The translations under genes were made by a program, and so were the position numbers. Under the pieces are notes generated by a model. The model had not been told where the DNA came from. It saw only the letters and a list, made by a program, of their open reading frames with translations, and ran no database searches. From an uncultured Bacilli bacterium (lineage in GTDB: Bacteria > Bacillota_I > Bacilli_A > RF39 > UBA660), in NCBI GenBank assembly GCA_944363995.1, contig CALVVV010000001.1, forward strand, positions 1-52,265: a DNA stretch of 52,265 nucleotides. The letters are read 5' to 3'. Positions 28,826 to 38,565 of this stretch are shown here, in pieces (position 1 is the first letter of the stretch; each line of letters starts with the position of its first letter).

Positions 28826-28979
28826 ATTTACCAACCACTGGTTAGCATTTTTAAATATAATATAATTTTAGCATAAATTTATAGTTCTAAAACATTTTCT
28901 TTACTGATTTTAATATATTTTTCAATTAATACAACACGTAATTAATTGCAATATCGCTTATTTAATGATAAAATAATAG

Positions 28980-29732
28980 TCATTAGGAGTTGATAAAATA
29001 AATGTTTCTTATACTTATATAGATGATAAAGCCATCATTTTTGATGAAAATGGAAATCAAGTACAAGTTGAATATTATGATAACTTAGATGAAGTATTAG
29101 TTCAAGAAAACATAGTAGAAACCATTGAAAATAGAATAAATGAATTAAGTAATATACAAATCTTACCGAAAAAAAGATTTATCCCGCTTATAACAATAGG
29201 TGTTGCTATAGCAATATTAGTTGCACCATTAATTTTAAGTTTGGCAAGTGGCACAAATTTATATACTACATATGTTGATACAGTTTTTGGAAAAATAAAT
29301 TTTTCCAAAGTTATAGCAATTATTTGTGGAATAACTGCTGGACCACTAGCTTTAATTTGTGATATTACAAATCATCAAATTTATAATGATTTTATTAAAC
29401 ATAACACTGCTAAAGTTTGTGAATTAAAATTTTTAACAAAACAATTAGTTGAAGAAAAACAAAAATTAGAAAGTTTAAAAAAAGAAAAATCAAAAACAAA
29501 AGAAGATTCTAATTTTAGGGTTGTAAAAGTAAATGATATTAAACAGTTAAAAAAATTAAAACATTACATAGAATTATATTATAGTTTAGGGTATGATATA
29601 GAAAAATTATATATACATTTAAAAAATGGTACTTTGGAAGATAAATTAAGTAAATCTTACAATAGTGAGGATATTCAATTAGCTAAAGCTTTTTTAGAGG
29701 AAAATGGACCGAAATTAATTAAAAGACATTAA
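28980..29732 (+). CDS. Hypothetical membrane/coiled-coil protein, start codon unclear
   Basis: The frame is open from 28980, but there is no ATG, GTG or TTG before TTG 29241. An AGGAG lies at 28985-28989. The product has two hydrophobic segments followed by a K/E-rich helix. It may be a remnant or may use a non-canonical start. Confidence 0.35.
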   Translation, partial: SLGVDKINVSYTYIDDKAIIFDENGNQVQVEYYDNLDEVLVQENIVETIENRINELSNIQILPKKRFIPLITIGVAIAILVAPLILSLASGTNLYTTYVDTVFGKINFSKVIAIICGITAGPLALICDITNHQIYNDFIKHNTAKVCELKFLTKQLVEEKQKLESLKKEKSKTKEDSNFRVVKVNDIKQLKKLKHYIELYYSLGYDIEKLYIHLKNGTLEDKLSKSYNSEDIQLAKAFLEENGPKLIKRH

Positions 29733-29753
29733 TATAAATGAAATGGTTCTTAT

Positions 29754-30655
29754 TCAATTTGCGTAATGTCGCAATTCTACTGCTAACACTTTTTTTCTTA
29801 ATAAGTTAAAACTGCATCTTCCATACATAGTTATTTCTATACACTTTATTTTTATGTTTTTGCCTTCTACTAATCCATTTGTATAATCATATTTAATACA
29901 ATTGCTAATTGCATCCATATCATTTTCTAAAGTATTGGCAATTACCATATTTCTTTCTTCATCTTTTAAATTACTTAAAAATTTTTTTATTTTGTTTTCT
30001 ATAAATAATAATACTTTTATTATTATTTAAATTATTATTTTTTTACATAGTATTTTAAGAATCCATATTCTTTAGTATATCCTTTTTCTTTTATAATTTT
30101 ACAAATATGAAATCTCTCATATACTTGTATTATTGCCTCTTTTATTACAAAACTATAAATTAATGCTTATCTCTTGAAACTATTGAAAGGTTTTTGAAAA
30201 TTTTTAACCATTCTTGAACATTATCAACTTTTCTTGAATCTATAATATCTACAAATTCCCTAGAATCATGGTCGACTAAAAATATTCCATAATTGTGTCT
30301 TTTTTAATTGCAAAATCATCAATACCACAATTTTCTAAAGAATGATTTATATTTTCTCTTTTTTTAAAATTCACAAAAGAGTACTATCTTATATTTTACA
30401 TATTCCTTATTAATAAATCTTTCAGTACTAATAAAACTATTTTCAACTGTCATTTTACATAATTTATCTTCGAATAATTTTAATATGAAGAATAATTTGA
30501 AAATTATCAAACTGTATATCTTTTATAATCTTATTATAATATTGATGTACAGTTTTTGTTTCACAATATATATGTATATCATCATTAATTGTTTCATATT
30601 TTATATAAATTAAATTTTCACTTAACTGTACTAAAAATTTTTGTATAATATCAAC
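29754..30655 (-). mobile_element. Heavily degraded ISL3-family transposase gene
   Basis: The C-terminal ORF NGLVEGKNIKIKCIEITMYGRCSFNLLRKKV matches the ISL3 transposase tail. Upstream minus-strand fragments (VDHDSREFVDIIDSRKVDNVQEWLKIFKNLSIVSRDKH; IYCETKTVHQYYNKIIKDIQ) match ISL3 core and N-terminal patterns. These fragments are broken by many stops, frameshifts and deletions. Confidence 0.6.
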
Positions 30656-30743
30656 CTACTTTATACAAATGTTGTACTATATTATCAGAAATCACACAAA
30701 TTGAATAAGAAACCGTTTTCATTTAACATTTACAAAATTTGCT

Positions 30744-30772
30744 ATTACACAAAAAATTTTTTGTGCTATACT
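30744..30772 (+). promoter_or_regulatory. Extended -10 promoter of the MATE gene (intact copy)
   Basis: ATTACA, a 17-nt spacer, then TGcTATACT. A degenerate copy of the same about 40-bp segment lies at 27763-27802, upstream of fragment A. Confidence 0.5.
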
Positions 30773-30804
30773 TGGTAAGTCGTAAAAATTAGGAAGAATG
30801 AAAT

Positions 30805-31234
30805 ATGAAAAATTTAGATTTAGAAAATGAAAAAATTAGTAAACTCTTAATAAGTTTTTCTATACCATGTATCATTAGTATGCTTATTAATTCTGTTTAC
30901 AATGTTGCCGATCATATTGAGCAAGAAGTTGGGACACTTGGTAATGCACTACTAATGTTATATTCTCACTTGTTATTATATGTAATACCATAGCTTCTTT
31001 AATCGGTAATGGATCTGCTTCTAATTTTAGTTTAAAACTAGGAAAAAAATTTAAAAAAAGCTAAAAAATTATTGATAAAATCAATAAAGAACGATCTAAA
31101 CATTATAAATTCTATACTAATAGTAATTGGTATAATTTAAATCATTATGATATAGTATTAATGTCGATGCATTAGGCGCAGAAAAAACTGCTGAATTATT
31201 AAGAAATATTATATTAGAAAAAAACTTACATTAA
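30805..31234 (+). pseudogene. MATE N-terminus joined to the tail of the cytidylate-kinase-like domain (fragment B), frameshifted
   Basis: MKNLDLENEKISKLLISFSIPCIISMLINSVYNVAD is a MATE N-terminus, after which the frame is lost. From about 31066 the sequence encodes KINKERSKHYKFYTNSNWYNLNHYDIVL, then after a 1-nt frameshift NVDALGAEKTAELLRNIILEKNLH and a stop at 31232-31234. Positions 31077-31128 are identical to 28769-28820. Confidence 0.65.
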
Positions 31235-31250
31235 TTTTGTAAGTTTTTTA
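31218..31250. terminator. Bidirectional terminator hairpin
   Basis: AAACTTACA pairs with TGTAAGTTT around a 7-nt loop, flanked by an A-run and a T-run. It lies downstream of MATE fragment B (+) and of the 438-aa gene (-). Confidence 0.55.
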
Positions 31251-31306
31251 ATTTAAAAACGATAGACATTTATTTTGGTTATTATAATTCATACTAAATA
31301 TATAAT

Positions 31307-32614
31307 TTATGGTGTAATAACTGCTCGAGTACTGATACTACTGCTGCTTCCACCATTAACACGGTAAAAATTAAATATACCAGCATATGAACTGTTACTA
31401 TAATATCCACCTCGATAAAACCAAGAATAACTAGAATATAGGAAATAAGCATAGTCATTATACCAACCACCACTACTATTACCAAAAGTAGTGAGAGTTT
31501 CTTTTGTAGCATCTCCCAATTTTCCACGGCCATGGGTTGTTCTACTTGATCCGTAGGTATATTTATCATAATATTTGCTATCCGGTGCACTGCTCATGCC
31601 TGAACTACTTGGGTAATAACTACCACTACTAGTAACCATATTACTCATTACAAATTCGTAAGCACCCCCACTCATATCATATATACCATAAATATTTCCT
31701 GTAGTTGATTGCTTAATATTACTTTTATATGAAGTAGTACTGCTCCCACCACCAGTATAATAACTACTATTATTATTTATTGTTATATCTGTTTCACCTA
31801 AACCATATTTACTTTGTTTTAAATAAGCAACAGCTCCCCATTCCATATTTTTTATCATATGACTATCACCACTTAAGTTATATTTACTTTTTATATTTTG
31901 AATTGCTGTAAAGAAATTATATATAGTTTTACTACGCAGACTACTTACGCCTGGCTTAATTGTCATAGTAGTAGTATTTCCACTCACTTCAAATTTTCCT
32001 ACCCAAAAACCTGATATTTCATCTTCACCAAATGTAAACGCAGGATGGGTATACCAATTACCATTAACTGCATTTGTACATGTTTGACTACTAGTACCAG
32101 AAGTTGCTATAGCATCAACACAACTTACAGTTCCGGTTGTTTTTGTACCACTTTCAAATTCAATATTAATTATTTGCGATGAAGCACTAGTATTATTGGC
32201 GTTAAATAACTGATATTTATATCTTGGTATCCATACATACCATAGTGCTATTTCACTTTCACTTATTGTATCACCTATATTTTTATTTACGCCACTATTT
32301 AGTACTACCGCATTCGCCCACTCTTGTGACTCATAATCATACCATTTTTCATATAAATCTGCATATATCCAATTTTCTCCATCATATGTAATTGGTATCA
32401 TATTATCTATTAACTCTGGCCTATTAGCACCACTTAAATCACGATAAGGCAATTCAATAACATCATCATTTAATTCATTCATAACATCATTTTTTACTTT
32501 ATCTAAAATTAATTTACGGGTGCCTAATAAACTTAAAACACCAAATATTAATACTAAAAACAAAATTAAAATAGAATAAATTATACCACTAACTGCAAAC
32601 CCTTTATTATTCAA
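31307..32614 (-). CDS. Exported protein with a pseudopilin-like N-terminus and an FGE-sulfatase (SUMF1)-like domain
   Basis: With TTG 32614 after the RBS AAGGTG, the N-terminus is MNNKG|FAVSGIIYSILILFLVLIF. That is a short basic leader, G-F and a hydrophobic helix, with Gly rather than Glu at +5. HPAFTFGEDEISGFWVGKFEVS, GNIYGIYDMSGGAYEFV and WFYRGGYY resemble FGE-sulfatase fold motifs. Confidence 0.7.
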   Translation of the reverse strand: MNNKGFAVSGIIYSILILFLVLIFGVLSLLGTRKLILDKVKNDVMNELNDDVIELPYRDLSGANRPELIDNMIPITYDGENWIYADLYEKWYDYESQEWANAVVLNSGVNKNIGDTISESEIALWYVWIPRYKYQLFNANNTSASSQIINIEFESGTKTTGTVSCVDAIATSGTSSQTCTNAVNGNWYTHPAFTFGEDEISGFWVGKFEVSGNTTTMTIKPGVSSLRSKTIYNFFTAIQNIKSKYNLSGDSHMIKNMEWGAVAYLKQSKYGLGETDITINNNSSYYTGGGSSTTSYKSNIKQSTTGNIYGIYDMSGGAYEFVMSNMVTSSGSYYPSSSGMSSAPDSKYYDKYTYGSSRTTHGRGKLGDATKETLTTFGNSSGGWYNDYAYFLYSSYSWFYRGGYYSNSSYAGIFNFYRVNGGSSSSISTRAVITP

Positions 32615-32659
32615 AATCAACACCTTCTTTACTATAAAAATTATATCAAATAATTAGTG

Positions 32660-32693
32660 AAAAAACAACAAAAAATGTAGCGTAAAGCTACAT
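32660..32693 (-). terminator. Rho-independent terminator after the YihY-family gene
   Basis: On the minus strand: ATGTAGC-TTTAC-GCTACAT followed by TTTTTGTTGTTTTTT. Confidence 0.55.
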
Positions 32694-32775
32694 TCTACAA
32701 AATACTTATAAGTTATTTCAATATTAAAAAGTAGTCTATGTTTTGAATATATATTCATTAATTATTATAAACAAA

Positions 32776-33585
32776 TTATTCATTTTTATGTAACTTTTCA
32801 TAATAATTATGATTAATAGCAATCCCTAAAACAATAATATATGATATAAAATATACTAATAACATTAATATTGCGATAGAAGCTAAACTACCATAAATAA
32901 CATCATAATTAGCAATATTATTTACATAAAATGAATAACCACTAGTTAAAATCATAATTGTAACAGTAGCAAATAAAGCCCCGTAATTAACATATTTACT
33001 TTTAATTTTTTTATCAGGAGCCATTGTATATAATATTTTAATTAAAATAAATATCATAACAAAAGCCATTAAAATTTTAATAAAAGTAATAATTATATAA
33101 TTATTTGAAATAAATTTACCAATCATTCCAAAGGTTAAAATATTGTTTAAAATAAAACTACCAAAAGCCATAACAATTAAAGTAAATACTAATAAAAGTA
33201 ACAACCAAAAAGTCATAAAAATCGCTTTAATACGACGATAAATATAGGTTTTAGGTTTATTTTTATACAAAATATTAGAAGCAGTAATTAAGCTATCAGG
33301 TCCATTACTTGCTACGAAAAAACCGATAACAACGAAAACAAAATTAGAAAAACTTAATCCATCATTAAAAAATGGCAACAAAATATCCATCACACTACTA
33401 GGCATAACATATGAAAAAATATTAATTATACTAGTAGTTGACAGTGATAAACTTGAAGTAATCATTCCAAATAAAGTAAGAATGGGCGCTAAAGAAAGAA
33501 TAAGAAAAAAAGCAAGATTACCAGGTAATATTAACATTTCTGGTAATCTAATAACTTGCCATAAATCTTTTAAAAATTGTTTCAA
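32776..33585 (-). CDS. YihY/BrkB-family membrane protein
   Basis: GNLAFFLILSLAPILTLF near the N-terminus and 6 predicted TM helices are typical of YihY. Overlaps the upstream GGDEF gene by 4 nt. Confidence 0.85.
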   Translation of the reverse strand: MKQFLKDLWQVIRLPEMLILPGNLAFFLILSLAPILTLFGMITSSLSLSTTSIINIFSYVMPSSVMDILLPFFNDGLSFSNFVFVVIGFFVASNGPDSLITASNILYKNKPKTYIYRRIKAIFMTFWLLLLLVFTLIVMAFGSFILNNILTFGMIGKFISNNYIIITFIKILMAFVMIFILIKILYTMAPDKKIKSKYVNYGALFATVTIMILTSGYSFYVNNIANYDVIYGSLASIAILMLLVYFISYIIVLGIAINHNYYEKLHKNE

Positions 33586-35603
33586 TCTTTAATTTCCTCT
33601 TTATTATTTCGCATATCTAAAGTTGCTTCATTAATAGCATCATCAATTGTTTTTATTGCATCATTAATCATACTATATCCAATAGCAGCTCCAAAACCAT
33701 GTTTCAATTCTTTCAATTCTTTTCCTAATTTTCGCATATAAGTTATAACTTGTTTTTCTTCATAACCAACTAAATAAATCAAAAATTCATTACCATTAGT
33801 TCTAATAATTTCGCTATTCTCCATTTGATTAACAATTAAAATATTAGCAGCTTGTCTGATTACTTCGTCACCTTCATTATGACCATAATTATCATTAATA
33901 TATGCCACATTATTTAAATCAACGATAATAATAGTTTGTGGATAAATGTCGCTATTATCCCATTTTTCTATTGAAATATTTAAATAGTTTCTATTTTTTA
34001 ATGATGTTAAAACATCAATATATCGTAATTTATCTTCTTTTGATAAATTAATTACTTTCTTTTTTGGCTTTAATTTAATGGTGGCTAAAACAATTAATAA
34101 AATACCAACAATACTACCTAAAATTACCGCAATATTTTTTAAAATAATTGGTGTTTTATTAATTAATAATAATTCTTCTAAGCCAGCCGTAATAAAATTT
34201 TGATTATCATTAAATCTAATATAAAAATCTAAAAATTCATTAAAGATTTTATTATCTGATATATCTCTAAATATGAAAGAAGCATTTTCAATGTTAAATT
34301 GATAAGAAATAATATAATCTTTTAAATCATTAGCATAATAATTATAATTATAAACATCTAAAGCAATAACACTTTCATTATTAACACTATCTATTAATTG
34401 TTTTAAGTTAGGATAAGTTTTAATAGAAATATCATTATTAGTAAAATATTGCGCTATTTTGCTATTCTCTAAACAAGAAACTGTTTTTAATGATTTAATT
34501 GAATTAATAATATCTTTATTAGAAGAATGTTTTAAAATCATCAAATTATTTTCATAAACTGGAACTGTTTTATAAATATCTAAAGCATAATCAACATCAT
34601 TATTGATGCCATAAAATAAATCAATTTGATTACTGTTAAAGGCATTTATTAAATCAGTAATATTATTATACTCACGATAAGAAATTTCTGCTCCTGTTAA
34701 TTTAGAAAATCCTGATAATAATTGGTAATTAATACCAGCTAATTTATTTTCTAGTAAGGTATCATAAGGAGCATTTTCAATAAATCCATAAATATAACGT
34801 TTACTTCGAAATTTAACAGTTTCTTCATCATTAATTGCTTTAAAATTTAAATAATTTTTAGATAAGTATTTATTATATAATTCACTATAATTTGAATTAG
34901 ACCATTTATTAAAATATTTGGTTAAAATTGCATTTAATCGTTCAGTAGAACCTAAAGATAAAACATAATATTTTTTATAATCACTTATATTATAAGCAAT
35001 TTTATAATTATTATCTATTAATTGTTTTAAATTAGTTGTTTTCAATAACACAATTGCATCCAATTCTGTCGTTTCATTGTTAAATTCATTAATTAATTCT
35101 TCATTGCTTGCATATGTTTTATAACTAACAGAAGCATTATGTAAATAATTATTAATATTATTTAAATTTTCATTTAAAACCCCAATCACTAAATCTTTTA
35201 AATCAGTAATATTTAAAAATGTTTTTTCTTTAGTAACAATAACATAATTATCTTCATATATCAAAATTTGATTATCTTCTAAATTATCAACTAATTTAAA
35301 AGCATATTCCGTTTTTGTTTCTTCACCCAATTGATAAGATATTTTATTGAATGATAAATTAGTTTCTTTATTTAACGAATTTAAAAAATCAACTATAATT
35401 CCTTCACCATTATAAGTTAATATAGGTATACCATCAATAATTGACATATCAATAACATTATTTTTATTATTTTCAATCCATTGCTTTTCAAATAAATTTA
35501 AAGATGTAACTTTATCTTCTTGTGTTAAAAAATGATATATAAACAAACTACCGATTAATATAAAAATAATTATTAATCCAATTATTATTTTTTTATTCTT
35601 CAT
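33582..35603 (-). CDS. Membrane-anchored sensor with two periplasmic solute-binding-like domains and a degenerate GGDEF domain
   Basis: Signal-anchor MKNKKIIIGLIIIFILIG, about 480 aa outside, a second TM helix, then a GGDEF-like domain (LTSLKNRNY..., INDNYGHNEGDEV). NGNEF (33783-33797) replaces GG(D/E)EF. Confidence 0.8.
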   Translation of the reverse strand: MKNKKIIIGLIIIFILIGSLFIYHFLTQEDKVTSLNLFEKQWIENNKNNVIDMSIIDGIPILTYNGEGIIVDFLNSLNKETNLSFNKISYQLGEETKTEYAFKLVDNLEDNQILIYEDNYVIVTKEKTFLNITDLKDLVIGVLNENLNNINNYLHNASVSYKTYASNEELINEFNNETTELDAIVLLKTTNLKQLIDNNYKIAYNISDYKKYYVLSLGSTERLNAILTKYFNKWSNSNYSELYNKYLSKNYLNFKAINDEETVKFRSKRYIYGFIENAPYDTLLENKLAGINYQLLSGFSKLTGAEISYREYNNITDLINAFNSNQIDLFYGINNDVDYALDIYKTVPVYENNLMILKHSSNKDIINSIKSLKTVSCLENSKIAQYFTNNDISIKTYPNLKQLIDSVNNESVIALDVYNYNYYANDLKDYIISYQFNIENASFIFRDISDNKIFNEFLDFYIRFNDNQNFITAGLEELLLINKTPIILKNIAVILGSIVGILLIVLATIKLKPKKKVINLSKEDKLRYIDVLTSLKNRNYLNISIEKWDNSDIYPQTIIIVDLNNVAYINDNYGHNEGDEVIRQAANILIVNQMENSEIIRTNGNEFLIYLVGYEEKQVITYMRKLGKELKELKHGFGAAIGYSMINDAIKTIDDAINEATLDMRNNKEEIKD

Positions 35604-36066
35604 CCAAATCACCCGAAACATTGCCAACCCAACTAAATTCTGTTGCATTTTTTGAATGGTAACCAATTAAAGGATAATTGCTGTTTTTTTCTGTTTTTTC
35701 AGTAAAATAAACTTCGATGTCATAAAAAGCAATAACTTTTGTACTTAAGTTATTTAAAATTATTGAAGTTAAGTCCTTAGCTTTTTCTAATTTTGTATCA
35801 GCTTTAACATCAATAAAAAATTTCATTATAGTTACATTAGTTGAATAACTTATTTCTTCAACTAAATCAGTAGCAATTATTTCTTTTTTTATTTTTTCAA
35901 TTACAGCATTATCAATCAGAGGAGCATTATCTAAACGATTACCATATACACTCTTACTATTACTAGGATAAAACATTCTATATACCGCTAAAAAAGCTAA
36001 TATAAACAATACTAAACATATTAAAGTAACCACAACAACACTTTTATGTTTCTTTAAAAATTCCAT
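35593..36066 (-). CDS. Membrane-anchored hypothetical protein (157 aa)
   Basis: One N-terminal TM helix. The 3' end overlaps the GGDEF gene start by 11 nt, so the two are probably in one operon. Confidence 0.6.
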   Translation of the reverse strand: MEFLKKHKSVVVVTLICLVLFILAFLAVYRMFYPSNSKSVYGNRLDNAPLIDNAVIEKIKKEIIATDLVEEISYSTNVTIMKFFIDVKADTKLEKAKDLTSIILNNLSTKVIAFYDIEVYFTEKTEKNSNYPLIGYHSKNATEFSWVGNVSGDLDEE

Positions 36067-36169
36067 ACCTTCACTCCTAACAATAATATTATACTATAAA
36101 TATTTATATTTATCAATTAATAATTTGCATACTTCATTAAAAGTGCTATAATATTAAACGAGGTGAATT

Positions 36170-36973
36170 ATGAAATTTAATATTATAAATAAAAAGAAAA
36201 TTATAGCTGTTATTTTATCAGGATTTGTTTTGATTAATTTAAATGGCTGTTCAAACACAGATGAAAATTTAAAAAATGATTCTAATAGTAATTATGAAGA
36301 AACTAATTATTCAAATAAAAAAGAAAATCCGCAAATTATCATTGAACAAAGTCAAGAAGAAAATAATAATCAAGGAGAATCTTCAAATATAGAAGAAAAT
36401 TCTAAGCCATCTGAATCAAATATAAAACCTAGCTTAGAATTTGAAACTGATAATGACAAATTTACAGAAGTTGACAAAGAAGCTATTGAATTTTTTAATA
36501 ATTTACAAGATGAAGTTAATAACTTTTTAAATAGTGAAGATGTCAATAATACTAAAGATAAAGCCAAAGGTGTTTTTATTACTATTGTTGACTTTATATT
36601 TTATGATAGTGAAATAGATGGTATCACTTTTGATCAATTAACTGATAATGGTAAACAAAAAATCTTAGAAATTGCACATAATATTGATATAAAAATCGAA
36701 AATAAATTTCCAAATTATAAGGATACTATTGCCACAAATACCAAAAAAGCTTTTAATAAAGCAAGTGAATTAATAAAAGAAGGAGCTAGTAATTTTAAAA
36801 ATTTTGCTAAAGATAAATTGGGAGAAGAAAATTATAATGCTATTAGTGAAGCTAAAGACGAATTTGTTGAATATACTAAGGAAGCTATTGATTTTATTGG
36901 AGATATTGGTAATGATTTATTGGATAGTGGTAAAAATTATATAAAAAATTGGTATGAAAATTTTAGAAATTGA
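36170..36973 (+). CDS. Lipoprotein with an acidic low-complexity N-terminal region
   Basis: Lipobox LINLNG|C, then N/E/S-rich sequence and a helical C-terminal half. RBS GAGGTGA. Confidence 0.7.
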   Translation: MKFNIINKKKIIAVILSGFVLINLNGCSNTDENLKNDSNSNYEETNYSNKKENPQIIIEQSQEENNNQGESSNIEENSKPSESNIKPSLEFETDNDKFTEVDKEAIEFFNNLQDEVNNFLNSEDVNNTKDKAKGVFITIVDFIFYDSEIDGITFDQLTDNGKQKILEIAHNIDIKIENKFPNYKDTIATNTKKAFNKASELIKEGASNFKNFAKDKLGEENYNAISEAKDEFVEYTKEAIDFIGDIGNDLLDSGKNYIKNWYENFRN

Positions 36974-36983
36974 TACCAATTTT

Positions 36984-37532
36984 TTATTTTATTATTTCTA
37001 CTTCATCACCATTTTTTAACAAAAATGCATTGGCATCATCTGTATCTAAATGGATTTCAAAATAAGCTTCTTCACTTGCTTTAACATTAACTTCAATAAC
37101 TCCTGGTTTAATTCCACCTACTTTGACTAATATTTTATCTGGCATATTATATTTTTCTTTATCTTGATTAGTTATATGTAAATGTCTATCAGCAATAATA
37201 CAACCATTAGTTTTTATACTACCATTAGGTCCAATGATCGTAACTACTTCACTATTTTCTAAATCACCAGATGTTCTAACAGGCGGATTTAAGCCTAATT
37301 TATAGGCATCTGTTTTAGATATTTCAATTTGCGTATAATTTCTAACTGGTCCTAAAACTCTTACATTGTTTATTTCTGATTTGTCCGTTTTAATTGTTAC
37401 TAATTCATTAGAAGCAAATTGTCCTGGTTGATTTATTTTGTTTTTAATTGTTAATTCTTTACCAAATAAAATATCCAAATCACTTTGTTTTAAATGAACA
37501 TGACGATTAGATATTCCTACTTTTACTTTCAT
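36984..37532 (-). CDS. pduL: Phosphate propanoyl/acetyl-transferase PduL
   Basis: VGISNRHVHL and the repeated PduL halves (VRVLGPVRNYTQIEISKTDA...; ADRHLHI...). ATG 37532 follows the RBS GGTGA. Confidence 0.85.
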   Translation of the reverse strand: MKVKVGISNRHVHLKQSDLDILFGKELTIKNKINQPGQFASNELVTIKTDKSEINNVRVLGPVRNYTQIEISKTDAYKLGLNPPVRTSGDLENSEVVTIIGPNGSIKTNGCIIADRHLHITNQDKEKYNMPDKILVKVGGIKPGVIEVNVKASEEAYFEIHLDTDDANAFLLKNGDEVEIIK

Positions 37533-37603
37533 TTTAATCACCACTACAATTGTATCATATTTTATAATTTTTTTTAATATATTTTAGATGAAAGGAGAAT
37601 TTT

Positions 37604-37951
37604 ATGAATTATTATTCATACGGACAAAATTTTAATAATCCAACTTTACGACCTACACCACCAGGAAATACTAATTATCAGCAAATGGCTTTATCTGCTG
37701 AACAATCATACATTGAAAATATTTTGCGATTAAATAAAGGAAAAAAAGTTAGAATTCATCAAACATTTCCTGATTCTAATGAATGGCGTGATTTAGAGTT
37801 TACTGGTATTATTGAACAATCAGGAAGAGATCATATTATTTTAAGTGATCCTGCTAATGGTATATGGCAAATGCTTTTAATGATATATGTTGATTATATA
37901 TCTTTCGATGAGCCTATCAATTATGATCCAGAATTTTATCCAAACAATTGA
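37604..37951 (+). CDS. gerQ: Spore coat protein GerQ
   Basis: EQSYIENILRLNKGKKV...GRDHIILSDP...LMIYVDYISFDE matches the GerQ pattern. Confidence 0.8.
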   Translation: MNYYSYGQNFNNPTLRPTPPGNTNYQQMALSAEQSYIENILRLNKGKKVRIHQTFPDSNEWRDLEFTGIIEQSGRDHIILSDPANGIWQMLLMIYVDYISFDEPINYDPEFYPNN

Positions 37952-37987
37952 TATTTAAAAAAATTTTTGCTATAATTGATATGGTGA

Positions 37988-38533
37988 ATGTCAATGATAA
38001 TTTTTATAATAGTTGTTTTAATTGCTTTATGCCTAATTTTAATATGGTATAGCAATACATATAATAAATTTCAAGGTTTAATAATTAGAATAAATGAAGT
38101 TGAAGCTAATATAGATACAGTATTAAGAAAAAGATTTGATTTATTGAATAAATCGATTAATATCATCAAAGGTAATATTGATACCGAAGAAGAAGTTTTA
38201 GAATTAATAGTTAAATTAAGAAGCCGCAAAATTTCTAATTTTGATTTAGACCGTCAATTATATGAAGCAATAAATGAATTTAACTATTATAAAGATAACT
38301 ATCCTTTATTAGCAGAAAGTGAAGCATTGTTAAAAATTGATTTGTCTTTAAATGAAAGTGAACATGAAATAATAGCTTTACGAAAGTATTACAATGATAT
38401 CATTACTGATTATAACAAAATGATAAGAAAATTACCAAGTAATCTAGTAGCAATGTTATTAAAATATAAAGAAAGAACTTATTATGATGGAAAGAATATG
38501 AATGATGATATTAAAAATGATTTTAAATTATAA
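37988..38533 (+). CDS. lemA: LemA-family protein
   Basis: N-terminal TM helix plus YNKFQGL...VEANIDTVLRKRFDLL...YYNDIITDYN. Confidence 0.85.
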   Translation: MSMIIFIIVVLIALCLILIWYSNTYNKFQGLIIRINEVEANIDTVLRKRFDLLNKSINIIKGNIDTEEEVLELIVKLRSRKISNFDLDRQLYEAINEFNYYKDNYPLLAESEALLKIDLSLNESEHEIIALRKYYNDIITDYNKMIRKLPSNLVAMLLKYKERTYYDGKNMNDDIKNDFKL

Positions 38534-38565
38534 AAACAGTTCCAAAAATTAGAACTGTTTTTTTA
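38533..38565. terminator. Bidirectional terminator between lemA and the divIC-like gene
   Basis: AACAGTTC pairs with GAACTGTT around a 9-nt loop, flanked by an A-run and a T-run. The divIC-like stop lies in the loop. Confidence 0.65.

Noticed and set aside
31294-31590. 98-aa minus-strand ORF overlapping the 3' end of the 438-aa gene in another frame
   Set aside because: It has no RBS and a V/I/L-rich nonsense-like translation, and the overlapped frame carries the recognisable FGE-like motifs.
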